From assembly GCF_009914755.1 (NCBI RefSeq), contig NC_060928.1: 64,000 bases of DNA. One strand, 5' to 3'. The translations under genes and the position numbers were made by a program. Position 1 is the first letter of the stretch. Every line of letters starts with the position of its first letter. This DNA comes from the human T2T-CHM13v2.0 reference genome, Homo sapiens. Below, piece after piece: positions 60,789 through 64,000 of this stretch. The notes beneath the pieces were generated by a model. That model saw only the letters and a list, made by a program, of their open reading frames with translations, searched no databases and had not been told where the DNA came from.

Positions 60789-63339
60789 CTTTACTACTGA
60801 TACAGATACCTTCTGCAATGGAAGGTCGTGGAATTGGGTGACGTTGAATGATTCTGAGCTTACCACATGAGTTTGTTTGAAAAATAAGAGCTGAAAATAC
60901 CCGAAGACAATGGAAGGGTGGGGGACAGGAGAAAATTAGCAGGACGAAGAGAAAATAAACCAAGAAGAAGAAATGAAGAGAGGAAAGAACAATAAGAATG
61001 CCAGAAATCAGATATTTGCCCAGGAAAACAGGTGAATGTTAGCATGTGGACATGAGGCAGGGTAAATAGAAAACAGGTACAGATTTGAAGATTAAAATCA
61101 TCATGGAGGGGAAAAAATAATGTATAGAATGAGATAGCAATGGGTATAAGCTTTGCAAAAAGAACGAGAAAGTATACTCAAGTTTAGATGATGTTATAAT
61201 ATCATTTATAGCAAGGACATTGAAGAGCCTACAGGATAACATTCTAGTAAATTAGATTTAAAGGACAAATTGTGAGTATTCCTGGTTATAAATAACACTT
61301 TATTATTGATGCAATTATTTTAACACATGCAGAAACATGGCAGAGAAAAGGAGGTAGTGTTTAAATATCTGCCCAGTGACTGAGGAATACTATAATATCC
61401 TGGATCTACAGGTGATGCTGCAGGTCTGAGAGCAATGGTAAGGAAGCTAGGAGGACGTAATATTAATGATATGATTATCCCACCCATATAGATAACCTAA
61501 AATATGTGAACTGCTTTCATAGAAGGCAGAAGAATCCAAGACCTGAGTGGAGTGTGAAAGATTGAACTTTAAAAATAGCTATGTGTGATGCATATTACTT
61601 GTGTATGAATAACTTTTCCATCATCACATAGAACTGTCATCTCAGGTTAAGCGACCTCTTATGCTAATACTGTGATAGCTGGGTTGTTGTTGGAAAACCA
61701 CTCAGAAAATAAGAAAGGTTAAAAAAAATTGTAAGATAAAACATTTATAGCAGAAGGCAAAATATATACTTCTGAGTAACTATAGCATCACTATACTCTG
61801 GAAGAAAGAATACAGGCTAGTGTAAAAGGAACCTGGAATGTAACATCTGGATTCACAGAGCTGATGTTAATAGCCTGGTAAAGACAAAAGATCACAAAAT
61901 CAGTGAACTAGTCAAAGTATTTTTGAATAATTGTAGTACCACAAGGCAGCCATTTAAAATTCACTCCTCTGAAGCCTAGGTTGGCTAAAGGAATTTTTGT
62001 TTTTCACTCTGTGTGTTCTTGTAGTTGACCCTGCATAAAATCCAGGCTGGTTATTTTTTGAAGAAACAACTTACAATCTATAAGAAAGGAATGTTCAACT
62101 TCACCATAGGAATTCAGTCCAAATGCATTTATTGAGCGATATCAACCTGATATGAAAGCCGTATATTCTATTCTTGTTTTATCTTTTATTGTTCTTTATA
62201 TTTTCTGGTCCTATTTACCTCTTTGTTTAATCTTTACATTTTTTCTAGTACTTTATTATTGTTCACAGTTTATTGTGTAAGCCTAGAATTGGTTTTCATG
62301 CTTTAGCCATTACTTTTCCTTTATGAGATGTTATTGTACTTGGAAAAGATAATGTGTGAATCAGTGTTTGATGAGCCAAAATTATGGGAGAGATTTTTAA
62401 ACTTTGACTTAGAGAAGAACCTTTTTTGAACTCTGTTACTAGGTGTGATTGGTGTGTCTTGTGACCTCCCATTGGACAGTGTACTTTTTATATGGTATTT
62501 ATGTTTCTTTTTTCATTGCAGCATTACAGGGTGTCTGTTTTCTACAGTGCCTTCTTATTACTAAGCTTTGAACATTGTAGGCACCCATAAAGTCTGAGGA
62601 CATTTAAGTACATTTGAGAGTAGGATTAGATGGAAGATGAGAAAATTTCCATCCAAAGCAGAATTTTCTAATCTGATTCTGTATCATAATGTGCTTTATT
62701 TATTTCCCAGTGGGATATAAAGCATTCCTAGGTATACTAAAGTTTCCAAAAAAAAATCTGTAGTACAGACAGTTGTTTAATTTCATTTAACCTGCTGTTC
62801 CTCACATTTATCTGACAAATACACTTTTGTATCTGGGCTCTGCAGTAGACAGAAATGCACCTCAAATTAATTGAAGCCCAAAAGGGGATTTAGTGGCTTA
62901 TGAAACTGGGAAGAATTCTTGGTGAGTTCACAGAACAGACAAGCTGCAGGATGTCACTGACTGAGACTGGGGACTCAACAGTCTTTCTCTTCATCCATTT
63001 TCCTCTTTTGATTCTGCTGGTTTCATTTTGGGTGCTGACCTCACCCTTTCCTGGTGTGGACAGTCCTGTGCCCTTTCAACACGACGGGGAACAACCTCAG
63101 CTGAAAGGGAACATGTTGATTTCTACACTTCTAAATATTGATTTTTCCAAAAGGTTTCATCCCTGTGATTGGCCTCCATGCTGTAGACCAACCACTCTTG
63201 TCAGGGGAGGAGTTTACTAAGATTGGCTATATCTAGGTCTTTTGTCCACATATGTGGCCTGGATAGGATGTGTAGAACCCACTTCTTTAAGAAGAGAGTT
63301 AGGAAGGCTTGTTGGGAAGAGCAGAAATAATAACCATCA

Positions 63340-63820
63340 CTCATCATTCAACAAATATTTATTGAACGTTTTTCCTCAGCCCCTCAGGCACTTTTCTAGA
63401 CATTAGGGACCTAACACTGAACAAAATAAATGAATATTCCTTCTTCCAGGGAGCTTACATTGCAGTGTAATAAAAAGGCAACATTCTAATAAAAATGAAT
63501 AAAAATGATAAGGAAAACTATGTTTGACTACAATAAGTACAAGGCAGATAAAATAAAGCAGAAGAGTAAGAAGTATCTGTGGGGAGAAGGGAGTTAAAAT
63601 TTTAGTGTGTCCAGGGAAAGCCTCTCTGATGAGAAGGTCACTTAATTAAATATTGGAAGGAAGTGAAGGAGGGAGCCCTGCATATATCCCATTCAGAGGA
63701 CACAGCAGATGTGAAGGACCTGGGGCAAGTGTGCCTGGTGTGTCTGAAGGAGGACATAGAGAGTAGAATGTGGGCATGGAGAAGACCATGGAGGACATGG
63801 AGGGTAGAGTGTGGGCAGTA
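63340..63820. mobile_element. L2
   Basis: tcattcaacaaatatttattgaa...cagggaaagcctctctgatgagaaggtcac. Confidence 0.7.
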
Positions 63821-64000
63821 GGTTCCAGATTTAACCTTTAAAATCCGAATTTTTGTGGGCATTTTATGGTCTTCTGGTCTGATTTCTAGTGCTACAGAGT
63901 CCATTCCTTCATAATATTTATTACAGCTGAATTATGTGCAGAGCTGCTGTTCAGGCACCACACATTTTTATTTTAGAATAGCTATTGGTTTCTCTTAGCT

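Overview
Primate (most likely human) genomic DNA from inside SLC4A4 (electrogenic Na+/HCO3- cotransporter NBCe1), transcribed on the + strand. The only exon I recognise is 77 nt at 29875-29951, encoding (G)[25 protein letters not shown] of the N-terminal cytoplasmic domain. The rest is two large introns rich in Alu, L1, L2, MIR, MaLR/ERV1 LTRs and hAT/Tc-mariner relics; most ORFs in the supplied track are spurious or L1/Alu-derived. Three features stand out. (1) A 96-nt, frame-preserving, CpG-rich candidate cassette exon at 1325-1420 that would add 32 aa to the NBCe1 N-terminal loop. (2) A near-perfect 150-bp inverted repeat of apparently unique sequence (39572-39721 / 40375-40524) that would form a pre-mRNA duplex with a single A-C mismatch. 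(3) A full-length L1PA element whose entire 5'UTR is inverted, so its antisense promoter and ORF0 point into ORF1 and run co-directionally with SLC4A4. Repeat subfamily calls come from recalled consensus sequences, not from a RepeatMasker run, and boundaries of old repeats are approximate.
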